NCBI GenBank assembly: GCA_963707025.1
Contig: CAVPOM010000018.1
Coordinates: 352,001 to 416,000 of the forward strand
Source of the DNA: an uncultured Verrucomicrobiae bacterium
GTDB taxonomy: Bacteria > Verrucomicrobiota > Verrucomicrobiia > Limisphaerales > Palsa-1400
DNA length: 64,000 nt
Direction of reading: 5' to 3'
This document shows positions 27,939-38,112 of the stretch, piece after piece. Numbering within the stretch: the first letter of the stretch is position 1; each line of letters starts with the position of its first letter. Under the pieces are notes generated by a model. That model searched no databases. It saw only the letters and a program-made list of their open reading frames with translations, and had not been told where the DNA came from. The translations under genes were made by a program, and so were the position numbers.

Positions 27939-30677
27939 TTAGAACGCCACGATCTTGGGGAAGTTTTTTTCGGGGTCAATGTTCATGTCCCGCATGGCCT
28001 GGGCGACGATCTCGGGGCGGATGGCGCCGCGTTGGGCCAGGGCGTGCAGCGTCGCCAGCACGGTGCTTTCGGCGTCGATTTCGAAAAAGCGGCGCAAGTG
28101 TTCGCGGGTTTCGCTGCGGCCAAAACCATCGGTGCCCAGGGTGGTCAAACCGCCCGGAACCCATCGGGCGATCTGGTCGGGAACGATTTTCATGTAGTCG
28201 GAAACGGCGATGAAAGGACCGGTTTCTCTTTCGAGCAGTTGCTGGAGGTAGGGCTTGCGGGCGGGCTGGGTCGGGTGCAGCATGTTCCAGCGCGCGGCCA
28301 GCAGGGCTTCGTTGCGCAGATTCTTGTAGGAGGTGGCGCTCCAAACGTCGGCCGAGACTTCGTAGCGCGCCGCCAGAATTTCCTGGGCGCGCAGGGCGGA
28401 ATGGATGAGGCTGCCGCTGCCGAGGAGGTGGGCCCGGTGTGGCTGGCCCTGCGGGCCGGGCTTGAATTTGTAGAGGCCCTTGATGATCCCCTCGGCGCAA
28501 TCCGGCGGCATGGCCGGCTGGGGATAGGCTTCGTTGTAAAGGCAAAGGTAATACATGATTTCCTCGCCGTCCTCGAACATCCGTTTCATGCCCTCGCAGA
28601 TAATGGCCGCCACTTCGTAGGCGAAGGCCGGATCATACACGTAAAGAGTCGGAATGGTGGAGGCGCTGAGCGGGGAATGGCCGTCCTGGTGTTGCAGCCC
28701 CTCGCCGTTGAGGGTGGTCCGGCCGGAAGTGGCGCCGAGCAAAAAACCCTTGGCCCGGCTGTCGCCCGCCAGCCAGAATTCATCGCCCACCCGCTGCGGG
28801 CCGAACATGGAGTAGTAAATATAGAAGGGAATCAGGTTGACGGCGTGGTTGGCGTAGGCCGTGCCCGCCGCGACAAAGGAGGCCATCGCGCCGGCTTCGG
28901 TGATGCCTTCTTCCAGAATCTGCCCGTCCTTGGCTTCGTGGTAGTAGCTGAAGCCGGCCTCCTTGTCCACCGGCTCGTAAAGCTGTCCCTTGGAGGAGTA
29001 GATGCCGATCTGGCTGAAGAGCGGATCCATGCCGAAGGTGCGCGCTTCGTCGGGTATGATCGGCACGACCCGCCGGCCCACCTGCGGGTCCCGCGCCAGA
29101 ATGGTGAGGAGGCGGACAAAACTCTTGGTGGTGGAGGCCTCCCTCGCGCCGGAACCCTCGAGCAATTCCGGGAACGCCTCCAGACGCGGCGTTTTGAGCG
29201 GCGCGGCCTTGACCTCGCGCTTGGGGACGAATCCGCCCAGCTTCCGGCGCCGTTCCAACAAGTACTTCGTTTCGGCCGAATCCCGGGCCGGGCGAAAGAA
29301 GGGCGTGTCAACAATATCTTCATCGCCAATCGGCACGTCGAAGCGCGCCCGGAACTCGCGCAGCTCCTTTTCGTTCATTTTCTTCTGCTGGTGGGAAATA
29401 TTGCGGCCTTCGCCCGCTTCCCCCAGGCCGTAGCCCTTGACCGTCTTGGCCAGAATGGCGGTGGGGCCGCCCGGGTGTTCCACGGCGGCCTTGTAGGCGG
29501 CATAAACTTTGACCGGATCGTGGCCGCCGCGCACCAGGCGGGTCAGGTCGTCGTCGCTCAGATGGTCCACCAGCCGGAGGAGCTGGGGATATTTGCCGAA
29601 GAAATGGCGGCGGATGTAGCTGCCGGGGGCGACGGTGTATTTTTGGAAATCTCCGTCCACCGCCTCATCCATGCGCTTGAGCAACTGGCCCGATTCGTCC
29701 CGGGCGAAGAGGTCATCCCAGGCCGAGCCCCAGATGACTTTGATGACATGCCAGCCCGCGCCGCGAAAAACGCCCTCCAGTTCCTGGATGATCTTGCCGT
29801 TGCCGCGCACCGGGCCGTCCAGGCGCTGTAAATTGCAGTTGACAACCCAGGTGAGGTTGTCCAGCCCCTCCCGCGCCGCCAGGCTCAGGGCCCCGAGGGT
29901 TTCCGGCTCATCGGCTTCGCCATCGCCCACGAAGGCCCAAACCCGCGGTTCCTGCTCCGTTTGCAGCAGGCCGCGCGCCTTGAGGTAGCGGACAAAGCGC
30001 GCCTGGTAGATGGACATGATGGGGCCCAGACCCATGGAGACGGTGGGAAATTGCCAGAAATCAGGCATCAAATAGGGATGCGGGTAGGAAGACAGCCCGC
30101 CGCCCTCGCCCAGTTCGCGCCGGAAATTGTGCAGTTGGCGCTCGTCCAGGCGGTACTCCAAATAGGCGCGGGCGTAATTGCCCGGCGAGGTGTGCCCCTG
30201 AAAATAAACAAGGTCGGCGGGCCATTTATGATGGTCGCCGCCGCGGAAGAAATGGTTGTAGGCCACTTCGTAAAGCGTGGCCATGGAGGCATAGCTGGAA
30301 ATATGGCCGCCCACCTCGGCTCCCTCCCGCTGGGCGTTGACCACCATGGCCATGGCGTTCCAGCGGGCCAGGCTCTTGATGCGCCGCTCCACTTCCCGGT
30401 TGCCGGGATAATGCGGCTCGGCTCCGGGCGGGATGGTGTTGATGTAGGGCGTCCTGACCGGCTGCGCCGCCGCCGACCCCGCCGAGCGCAGGCGCAGAAT
30501 CAGGTCGTTGCGCAACAAACGGGCCACTTCCGCGTCCAGGTTTCCAAGCCCCGCCTCAATGGTCCCCTCCAGCGCGCTGACCAAACTGTGATCGGACGGG
30601 CCGGGCGCCCTGGGCGGCGGGGCCGGCCGGACCGCGGCGGCGGGCCGGCGGGATTTAGGTCTGCTTTGCAAGTTCAA
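27939..30677 (-). CDS. aceE: Pyruvate dehydrogenase E1, homodimeric type
   Basis: TPYINTIP, GGHISS, FPTVSMGLGP, GDGE, NCNLQRLDGPVRGNGKIIQELE, GRTTLNGEGLQHQDG. Confidence 0.96.
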   Translation of the reverse strand: MNLQSRPKSRRPAAAVRPAPPPRAPGPSDHSLVSALEGTIEAGLGNLDAEVARLLRNDLILRLRSAGSAAAQPVRTPYINTIPPGAEPHYPGNREVERRIKSLARWNAMAMVVNAQREGAEVGGHISSYASMATLYEVAYNHFFRGGDHHKWPADLVYFQGHTSPGNYARAYLEYRLDERQLHNFRRELGEGGGLSSYPHPYLMPDFWQFPTVSMGLGPIMSIYQARFVRYLKARGLLQTEQEPRVWAFVGDGEADEPETLGALSLAAREGLDNLTWVVNCNLQRLDGPVRGNGKIIQELEGVFRGAGWHVIKVIWGSAWDDLFARDESGQLLKRMDEAVDGDFQKYTVAPGSYIRRHFFGKYPQLLRLVDHLSDDDLTRLVRGGHDPVKVYAAYKAAVEHPGGPTAILAKTVKGYGLGEAGEGRNISHQQKKMNEKELREFRARFDVPIGDEDIVDTPFFRPARDSAETKYLLERRRKLGGFVPKREVKAAPLKTPRLEAFPELLEGSGAREASTTKSFVRLLTILARDPQVGRRVVPIIPDEARTFGMDPLFSQIGIYSSKGQLYEPVDKEAGFSYYHEAKDGQILEEGITEAGAMASFVAAGTAYANHAVNLIPFYIYYSMFGPQRVGDEFWLAGDSRAKGFLLGATSGRTTLNGEGLQHQDGHSPLSASTIPTLYVYDPAFAYEVAAIICEGMKRMFEDGEEIMYYLCLYNEAYPQPAMPPDCAEGIIKGLYKFKPGPQGQPHRAHLLGSGSLIHSALRAQEILAARYEVSADVWSATSYKNLRNEALLAARWNMLHPTQPARKPYLQQLLERETGPFIAVSDYMKIVPDQIARWVPGGLTTLGTDGFGRSETREHLRRFFEIDAESTVLATLHALAQRGAIRPEIVAQAMRDMNIDPEKNFPKIVAF

Positions 30678-31064
30678 TGTTTACGGTTTAAAGTCCGGGC
30701 ATGCGCTGCGCTCATACCCTGGTTGGATTCTAAAGTTCCTTGTTCAAAGTTCAAAGTTTTTTTTGACAAGTTTCTTTTGGCGGTCGTAACACGACACCTG
30801 CGCCTTCGGGCCGGCTTCCAGCCTGCCGGTTCCGGGGGCATCCCTGCCCCCGGTGCGATTAAGATTAGGAAGAGTGTTCAAGATTGGATGCACGGCAGGC
30901 CCCCCTGGGGTCGGGAAGTGAAATTAGGTGAAATTGAGTGAAAACAAGCGGCATGGTTTGAACCGCCAAATACTGCAAATACGCGAACCCCGAACTCCAG
31001 TGGTTCCGCCGTCGCCCGGCGTGGCCGAGCTTCCGCCGTCGTTAAAACTTTGGCGCACGAGATG

Positions 31065-31390
31065 GCGGACAACGGAGTGATGGAGTGATGGGTGCGGTGG
31101 TTCAAAAAAAAGGTGCTTTGATTTACCTTGATTAGCTTTGTGGGTCTTAATTTTGAAAACTCATTTCGCAGCGTAAATTGTTCATGCACAGGCACTTGGC
31201 TTTGTTTTCCGACAATGGTTTGACGGGGTTTGACCGGGGTTTGACCGGGGTTTGACCGGCTGGGGGTCGCAGGCAGAAGGCAGCGTGCCAGGAATCCTGG
31301 TCCCGCCGCCGTCCCATGCCGCTGTGGCCGTTCCCCTTTTCACTATGCAAATTTTAGCATATAAATCAGGGCCGTCAACGGAAATATGTG
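31065..31390 (-). repeat. Promoter-bearing intergenic element, copy C (diverged, inverted)
   Basis: Minus strand: TTGACG (31378-31373), 16 nt, TAAAAT (31356-31351), TTGCATAGTG, GGACGGCGGCGGGACCAGGA, CCGGTCAAACC tandem units, GGAAAACAAAGCCAAGTGCCTGTGCATGAACAATTTAC, AATCAAGGTAAATCAAAG, T8. Confidence 0.8.
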
Positions 31391-31681
31391 GATTTTCGCA
31401 AGGCGCTGAGCATTAGATACTGAGGCCTGGAAATTATGGAGGATAAACTATCCATGGAAGACGGCAGGGCGAGACTCGTTCGAGCCGTGGCTTTCTCTTA
31501 AGAAATCGAATATCGGCTCGATCCCGATGAATCGGGACCCTGCCACCCAGGACGGACGCATTGCACTGCACGGGGGATGGAGGATGGCGGCTGAGTTGGG
31601 GCGGCCGGCCGCAAGGCTCCGAGCGGCGAATTGCTTCCCAATAGGTCGGTGTCCTCTGCGCCTAATCTCCTTGCGGCCGCC

Positions 31682-32884
31682 TCATTGGGAGCTGATGCGG
31701 TAAAAGCGAGGCGCAGTGCCCGGCTGAAAGGGTTCGCTGAAATAATACGCGCCGTTGGTCAGGGCGAGGCTTTGCAGTGGCGTCCAAACGGGGCCGGCGA
31801 GATTGGTGCAGGCTTGCACCACGATGGGGATATTGGTGGTGCCGGTGATGTTGAACCCAAATAGACCGTTCCGCACGCCAAAGCTGCCGTCGCCGGTTTG
31901 AATCAGCGGGTTCCAGAGCACGGCCGGCCAACCGTCGAAGGAATTGCTCCAACCAGTGGTGCCTGGCAGATAATAGAACGTTACGGGGCCAGGCACGAAC
32001 ACGGCGTCGCCAAGCGTGGGGGCGCTGCCGTCGAAATAGACGCTGGTTAGGCGGATACAGTCGTAATACGCCAAATCGCCGATGCTGGTGACGCTGGCGG
32101 GTATCGTGATGATAGTGAGGTTGGAGCAGCCATTGAAGGCAAAAGAACCGATGCTGGGCACGCCGTTGGCGATCGTGGCGTTTGTCAGGCTCGGGCAGTA
32201 AGCGACCGCATAACCTCCAAAGTTAGTGATCGTGCCCGGAATCGTCAGACTGTTCACAAGGGTTCCACAGAACGCCCCTGCCCAAAGAGTGGTGACGGTG
32301 CCTGGAATGGTGTAGCTGCCAGCGATTCCACCCGGGTATTGAACGAGTGTGGACCCACTCTTGTCATATAGAACGCCATTTATACTGCTGTAAAACGAAT
32401 TCTGTGAATCCACGTTTATCGCTGTCAGGCTGGAGCACCCACCCGACACACCGGGACCGCCCATGTTGGGGGCTGCTCCGAACGCCACGCTCCCGATGTC
32501 GGTGACACTGGCCGGAATCATGACGTTCGTCAGGCTGGAGCAGTCACAGAACGCCCCCTCACCAATGCTCGTGACGCCATTGGCGATCGTCGCGTTGGTC
32601 AGGCTGACGCACGATTCGAAGGCATAATCCCCGATGTCAGCGACGCTGCCGGGAATGGTGACGCTGGTCAAGTTGGAGCAGCCAGCGAACGCCCACTCCG
32701 CGATGCTGGTGACCGGCAGGCCGGATATGTTGTTCGAGATGATGACAGCCCCGCCGGGGCCGACGTAAGCTCTGATGGTGATTTCCCCGCCATTGGTCAT
32801 GTAAACGAATTGGGCTTGCACCGCCGGCACCTCCAACAGCGCGCCCATTAAAGCAATCATGCCGCCAAGAATCATGTTTTCCAT
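31682..32884 (-). CDS. Exported BspA-type leucine-rich repeat protein
   Basis: Repeats of VTSIGxxAFxxCxxLTxVTIP; signal peptide; C-terminal ...RFYRISSQ module. Confidence 0.92.
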   Translation of the reverse strand: MENMILGGMIALMGALLEVPAVQAQFVYMTNGGEITIRAYVGPGGAVIISNNISGLPVTSIAEWAFAGCSNLTSVTIPGSVADIGDYAFESCVSLTNATIANGVTSIGEGAFCDCSSLTNVMIPASVTDIGSVAFGAAPNMGGPGVSGGCSSLTAINVDSQNSFYSSINGVLYDKSGSTLVQYPGGIAGSYTIPGTVTTLWAGAFCGTLVNSLTIPGTITNFGGYAVAYCPSLTNATIANGVPSIGSFAFNGCSNLTIITIPASVTSIGDLAYYDCIRLTSVYFDGSAPTLGDAVFVPGPVTFYYLPGTTGWSNSFDGWPAVLWNPLIQTGDGSFGVRNGLFGFNITGTTNIPIVVQACTNLAGPVWTPLQSLALTNGAYYFSEPFQPGTAPRFYRISSQ

Positions 32885-33156
32885 TTAAACCTCTTGTCTG
32901 TTCATTTCACTTCTTCACCCTGCCTTGTCTACCGAAAACTGGTGAGGCCGCCAATATACCCGTAGGCGTCGCAAAACCCAAATCCATAAACCTGGAGTTC
33001 AAAAGGCTCGGCACTTGTGACCTTATGCGTACCCCAAGCCACCGGGACGCGGGCTCCGGAATAGACACTGCTCCCAACCTGTAGGAAATTTGTCCCTGCC
33101 ACGTTCGTGCTATCCAAGTCGGTCGCTGATATCGCTGATTGTGGCACAATGAGATT

Positions 33157-34607
33157 CACAGCCATCCCACAGGAAATTGGAAAAAAGTGTTGGCTTGACC
33201 ATTTGAACCTGCCACAAGGCAGGCATGAAAAACAAAAAAATCAAACCAACACGGTCCCGGTTTAACGTTTTGCGCCAGATTTGCAATCTCATTCCTGCGC
33301 ATGAAGTCTCCAAAATAGCGCGGGAGACCGGGGCTCTGGATAAGTCGCGCACCTTCAGTCCGTGGAGTCACACGGTCAGTTTGCTGGACGCGCAACTCAC
33401 CCATTGCATCGGACTCAACGATCTGTGCGACTCGCTGCAATTGCATTCCGGGCCGCTGTCCACTTTGCGCGGCGCCAGCGCCCCCAGCCGCAACGGCCTC
33501 TCCCACGCCAACCGGGAGCGTCCGGCCCAGATGGCCGAACAACTCTTCTGGCGGGTCCTGGAGCATTTGAAAGCACAGACGCCCGGCTTTGCCGCGGGCC
33601 AGCGCCGTGGCCCCGCCTTCCGTTTCAAGATGCCCATCCATGTGATTGATAGCACGACCATGGAACTGGTGGCCAACTGCCTGGACTGGGCCAAGCACCG
33701 CCGGCGCAAGGCCGCCGCCAAAACCCATATGCGGTTGAATCTGCAGAATCTTTTGCCCGGTTTTGTCATTGTGGACACTGCCGCCGAGCACGACAACCGA
33801 CGGGCGCGGGAACTGTGCGCCGACTTGAAGAGCGGCGAAATCGCCTTGTTCGACAAGGGTTATGTGGACTTCGGCCACTTGCGGGATTTGGACGGGCGCG
33901 GGGTCTTTTGGGTGACGCGGGCCAAGGAGAACATGGGCTATGAGGTGGTGCGGAAAATGCCCGCCTCCAGAGACCCGAAGATTTTGCGCGACGAAGTGAT
34001 CGTCCTGAGCAACGAGAACAAACCCGCGCCGGAGTTGATGCGCCGGGTGGTGGCGCTGGTCGAGATTGATGGAGAGGAACGGGAAATGACCTTCCTGACC
34101 AACAACCTGGAGTGGAGTCCGCGCAGCGTGGCCGACCTTTACCGCTGCCGCTGGCAGATCGAAGTCTTCTTCAAACAAATCAAGCAGACCTTGCAGTTGG
34201 CGGATTTTCTGGGCCACAACGCCAACGCCGTGCGCTGGCAGGTGTGGACGGCGCTGTTGACCTACGTGCTGTTGCGCTACCTCAGTCACCTCTCCAACTG
34301 GGCGCACAGCTTCACCCGGCTGTTCACGATTTTGCGGGCGGCGCTCTGGGAGAAATATGATCTGCTCAATTTGCTGGCGTGCTATGGGACAGCAGGCGGC
34401 AGCTTTCGCCACTTGGCGCGGCCCGAGCAGGCGTATTTCCCCGGCTTCCAATAAAGCTATGGGACAGCACACGCGCCCAAACAGGCGCATACCAAACCCA
34501 AAAGCCAAACTCGGAAAAATCAAAATCTCATTTTACCCCGAAGACCAATTAAACCCTTGCAAATGAACAGGTCAGCACCAGACTTTTCCCCTTATGAGAC
34601 GGGTGTG
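33157..34607 (+). mobile_element. IS4-family insertion sequence, copy 2 (1451 bp)
   Basis: Same IRs as copy 1; 9-bp target duplication AATGAGATT at 33148-33156 and 34608-34616. Confidence 0.96.
33225..34454 (+). CDS. IS4-family transposase (intact, 409 aa)
   Basis: DST, DKGY, Y-x2-R-W-x2-E-x3-K signature. Confidence 0.95.
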   Translation: MKNKKIKPTRSRFNVLRQICNLIPAHEVSKIARETGALDKSRTFSPWSHTVSLLDAQLTHCIGLNDLCDSLQLHSGPLSTLRGASAPSRNGLSHANRERPAQMAEQLFWRVLEHLKAQTPGFAAGQRRGPAFRFKMPIHVIDSTTMELVANCLDWAKHRRRKAAAKTHMRLNLQNLLPGFVIVDTAAEHDNRRARELCADLKSGEIALFDKGYVDFGHLRDLDGRGVFWVTRAKENMGYEVVRKMPASRDPKILRDEVIVLSNENKPAPELMRRVVALVEIDGEEREMTFLTNNLEWSPRSVADLYRCRWQIEVFFKQIKQTLQLADFLGHNANAVRWQVWTALLTYVLLRYLSHLSNWAHSFTRLFTILRAALWEKYDLLNLLACYGTAGGSFRHLARPEQAYFPGFQ

Positions 34608-36617
34608 AATGAGATTCAAAAAAGTTTCGTATGGAAATCCGTTCGCGTCGAGATAGGCTGGAATAACGATTGTGTAAGAGCTCAAATAATGACCTGCTGG
34701 CGGCAACAACATCTCCAGAGGATCTCCTTACGTGTTGTCATTCGTACTCTCGAAGAGAGCGCCATTGGCGAATTGGGCCACTTGGATGCGATTGTTGGCC
34801 TGAAATTCAACCCACCCATCCAGGATCGTGTCAAAGAATTGCGCCGCTCCAAGGTTGTTGGTAACCGCGCCGTTTTTGGTCGTTACGATCACGACTGTTT
34901 CATCATTAGCAGCGAGGACGCGAAAACTGTCCCCGTTGGTGCGACCAGCGAAGGAAAGAGCCAACGCTTGTGTTCCCCACGAAGCGACAGGGAGCTGCTC
35001 CTGCACAAGGGGATTCTCATACTGAGTGTTGGTATCAGGCACATAGGCAGCATTCGCACCGGCGAATACTGCAATTGGATTCGTCGAAGTGATCACGGTG
35101 CCGGTCACATCGTTTGTACAGGTCGTGCTGTTGATTTCATAGGCTTGTCCTTGGTTCAGGTTTATGCTGTACCTGTTCGTTCCAGAGGAGACCGCCAGAT
35201 TGGCGTTCGTTGAAGGTGTGATCCAGACGGTCGTATTGTCCGCAGTTGCTAAAATTGCAAACTGGGAATAATAATCATAGGGGCTGTTGTCCAAACCGTA
35301 TTCGTAGGAAGGATGGGCCATGAGACAGTAATTTGTTCCCATCATCGGCGTCGGATAAGCGGTAAAGGCCCAGCTTTCTTCATCATAATAGCACACCGCG
35401 TATGCGCTCACTGGCAGGTCAGACGTGATATGAATGCCATAGTTTGTAGAAGAATCATAGCCGTAATTGTAAATAATATCGCCAATCGAAATGCCAAAGT
35501 TAGTCACCGTCCCGGCGGCAAGCGGGAAGGATTGGGCTCCGTAACCAGCAGTTGTTACCGTTATCGTATTTGTGACCTGAGTCGAAATATAAAGAGACCA
35601 TTGAGCGCCGGTATGCAAATAGTCAGGAACCACTGTCGCCATAAACGCGACCCAGAAGTCGGTTCCGGCGGACGGAAAACCGATGGTGTAAAAGCCTTGG
35701 GCGTTGGTCGCGTTGGTCACGTACAGGGTGGTCAGCCCCGGCGCGTTGGTCAAAACCCATTGCCAGGAGATCGGCGGCGCCAGATTGGTCGTGTAAAAAA
35801 CATCCCACATGCCGTTCGTGGCGGTAATGTTGGAAGGCTGATGAATCACGAACTCAGCCGTCGTCCCGTTGGCCAGCGCGAAGTTCGTCAGGTACAAATC
35901 ATCCGGCAAGTACAACGGCAATCCGTAACTGGACACGCCGCCGCCCGAGGAATTGGTCCAGCCATTTGTCGGCAGCGGCGGCGGGTCACCGGCAATCATT
36001 GCGCCCATCCCGCCGTTGTTTGTGGCAGTCGCCGCCACGGAGGCCCAATACGAGGGGTAATCCCAATTCCGGTCGTCAATGACAAACATTTGGTTGCTGG
36101 CCGGTCCATACCCATAGACCGGCAATTGCGGAAGCCAGTCCACCGGCCACGGCGGCATGTTCAGTTGCGCGCTCCAAAACGTTCCGCTGGCGGGCACCGT
36201 GGAAAGTGGCGCCAGCGTGTCCGATTGGTTGGTGAATCCGCCGACCAGGATTTGGGCGCGGCAAACCTGGAGTGGGCCGGGCAACAAGCCTGCCAGAATG
36301 AGAATGCCAACGCCGAATGAAGCGTTTAAAGTTTGCGTCTTTACCTTCCTTGGATTGCGATTTCTTGAAACCATGATTCGTAACCCAGTTGATAATATCG
36401 CCCAGGCATCGTGTGGAAAGCTCCCCTATTCTTGGCAATTACTGCCCGTTTGTTGGCCTTTTCGCCATCGGGGCCAGGGCGGTTTGGCGGGCGCAGATGT
36501 TCAGAGGCATCTGAATCTTCGAGGGTGGATGAGACGGGCCGCATGGCGCGGCCCACGGCACACGGGCGCGGCTGGCTCTTGCAGGGTCAATTGGAAAGAA
36601 TTAGCGCTACGCGGAGC

Positions 36618-36745
36618 TAGAGCAATTTCATGAAAACTGTAGCCGCGTGGAAGCCGACCGAACGGCCTCCTCTCCCCGGCCCTCTCCTCCTGAGGAGGAG
36701 AGGGAGGAGCTTCGTTGTGGCTACATGATTTTTTGATCCGCTCTA
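36618..36745. repeat. MITE-like element, copy 3, with an internal REP-like hairpin
   Basis: TAGAGCAATTTCATGAAAACTGTAGCC...GGCTACATGATTTTTTGATCCGCTCTA; same termini as 4599-4694. Confidence 0.7.
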
Positions 36746-36747
36746 AG

Positions 36748-36790
36748 AAAGCTCGACCTCACCCCGGCCCTCTCCTCCCAGGAGAGGGAG
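36748..36790. repeat. REP-like element CCTCACCCCGGCCCTCTCC...GGAGAGGG
   Basis: Near-identical copy at ~37848-37888; relatives at ~36669-36705 and inverted at ~37972-38004. Confidence 0.75.
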
Positions 36791-36886
36791 AACACACGGG
36801 AAGTTGCCCTTCATGAGCCAGCCGCGGCATCCCGATTCGGAATCGGGACGTGCGCTCCCCGGAATCGCCGTCGGGCGATGGGGTGG

Positions 36887-37789
36887 TCAGAGTTGGGTGA
36901 CTTTGAGGCCTTTTTTCTTGAGGAGTTCCACCACGCCCTCAGCACCCACCAGATGGGCGGCGCCAACAATGACGATGGCGTCTTTGCCGCCGCGCAGCAG
37001 TTCCTCGATCCTGGGCACCCAAGTTTTATTGCGATCGGCCACCAGCCGCTTGTAGATGGCCGGGGCCTCGAACAGCGCCTCGTTCAACAGTTTTTCGATG
37101 GCGGCGCTGTCTCCGGCTTGCCAGGCTGCAATGATGTCGCCGTACATCTGCCGGGTCTTGTCCAGGTCCTTGAGCGAGGTTTTCATGACCAACTCGTCCT
37201 CGTCCGGCGCAAAGCCGGTGATAAGGTCAATCTGGAAATCCACCGTTTCCAGGCCGATGAGCTGCTTGCCCTCCTTGACCGCGCGATGGGCGAAATATTG
37301 GTCCACCCCGTTGGCCGGATCGGCCCCCAGCTTGGTCAGTTCGACGATTTCCAACATCATGGCGGCCATGGCCGGTTTCATGGATTGGAGCAGTTCCAAG
37401 GGCAGGCCGCTCTGCCGGGCGTGGTTGGTGAAGGCGGCATAGGTCTGGGCGGAGAGGTGCTGCTGGAGCGTTTCGCCCGCGGGCAGTTGGGCCTTGCTCA
37501 TGAGCTGGATTTGAACTTGCGGCTCTTCCAGCTTGATAACGTCGGTTTCAAAGACGGCGACTTGCGCGTTGCTGAAGGCCGCTTCGAGCGGCGCGGCCAG
37601 CGGAAAATTTTCCGGCTTCAACACATGAACGGAACCCAGCAAGTAAACGACGTTGCTGTGGCCCTGGATCCTCCATAACGAATGGTGGTTGGTGGTGGTG
37701 GAAGGGTTGTCCTGCGCGGCCAGCGGCTGCAACGCGAAAAAGGCCAGGAGCAGATTTGCCGCGATGAATTTGATGCTGCGTTCCTGCAT
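36887..37789 (-). CDS. TraB/GumN family exported protein
   Basis: SLWRI, YLLGSVHVL, GVD, GLET..Q, DRN..W, VGAAHL.G. Confidence 0.9.
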   Translation of the reverse strand: MQERSIKFIAANLLLAFFALQPLAAQDNPSTTTNHHSLWRIQGHSNVVYLLGSVHVLKPENFPLAAPLEAAFSNAQVAVFETDVIKLEEPQVQIQLMSKAQLPAGETLQQHLSAQTYAAFTNHARQSGLPLELLQSMKPAMAAMMLEIVELTKLGADPANGVDQYFAHRAVKEGKQLIGLETVDFQIDLITGFAPDEDELVMKTSLKDLDKTRQMYGDIIAAWQAGDSAAIEKLLNEALFEAPAIYKRLVADRNKTWVPRIEELLRGGKDAIVIVGAAHLVGAEGVVELLKKKGLKVTQL

Positions 37790-38112
37790 GGCGCCAAGGC
37801 TAAACGCCCGCCGGGTTGGTGGCGAGCAAAAAGCCAAGTCAGTGGAGAAGCTCGACCTCACCCCGGCCCTCTCCTCCAGGAGAGGGGGAAATATCCGCCG
37901 CCCTCGCCAAAGGCCCGCGCTGGGATTTGCCGGACATGCATCAGCCCAACCCGAGGCGGGCGAGGTCCGTTCCTTCTCCCAGGGGGAGAAGGTTAGGATG
38001 AGGGCGAGCCGCCAAGAATTCTGTGCTGCGCCCGCAGAGGGCTTGATGTGGGGGAAAGGTTTGTTTTGCCAATCCAAACCGGCACACTGACGAAAGATTT
38101 GAATGGCCGGCC

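Larger units (their letters stand above)
32929..36374 (-). pseudogene. Exported IgGFc-binding-domain-like protein, broken by an in-frame TAA and an IS4 insertion
   Basis: GTDFWVAF, DVTGT.ITS..PIAVFAG, LVQEQLPV.SWG motifs. Frame continues past TAA 34730-34728 (GDPLEMLLPP...TFLNLI) and resumes after the IS (NLIVPQSAI...YGFG..DAYGYIGG) to stop at 32929. Confidence 0.85.

Noticed and set aside
34728..34730. Stop-codon recoding in the IgGFc-like gene
   Set aside because: TAA terminates many genes here and the gene is also IS-disrupted.
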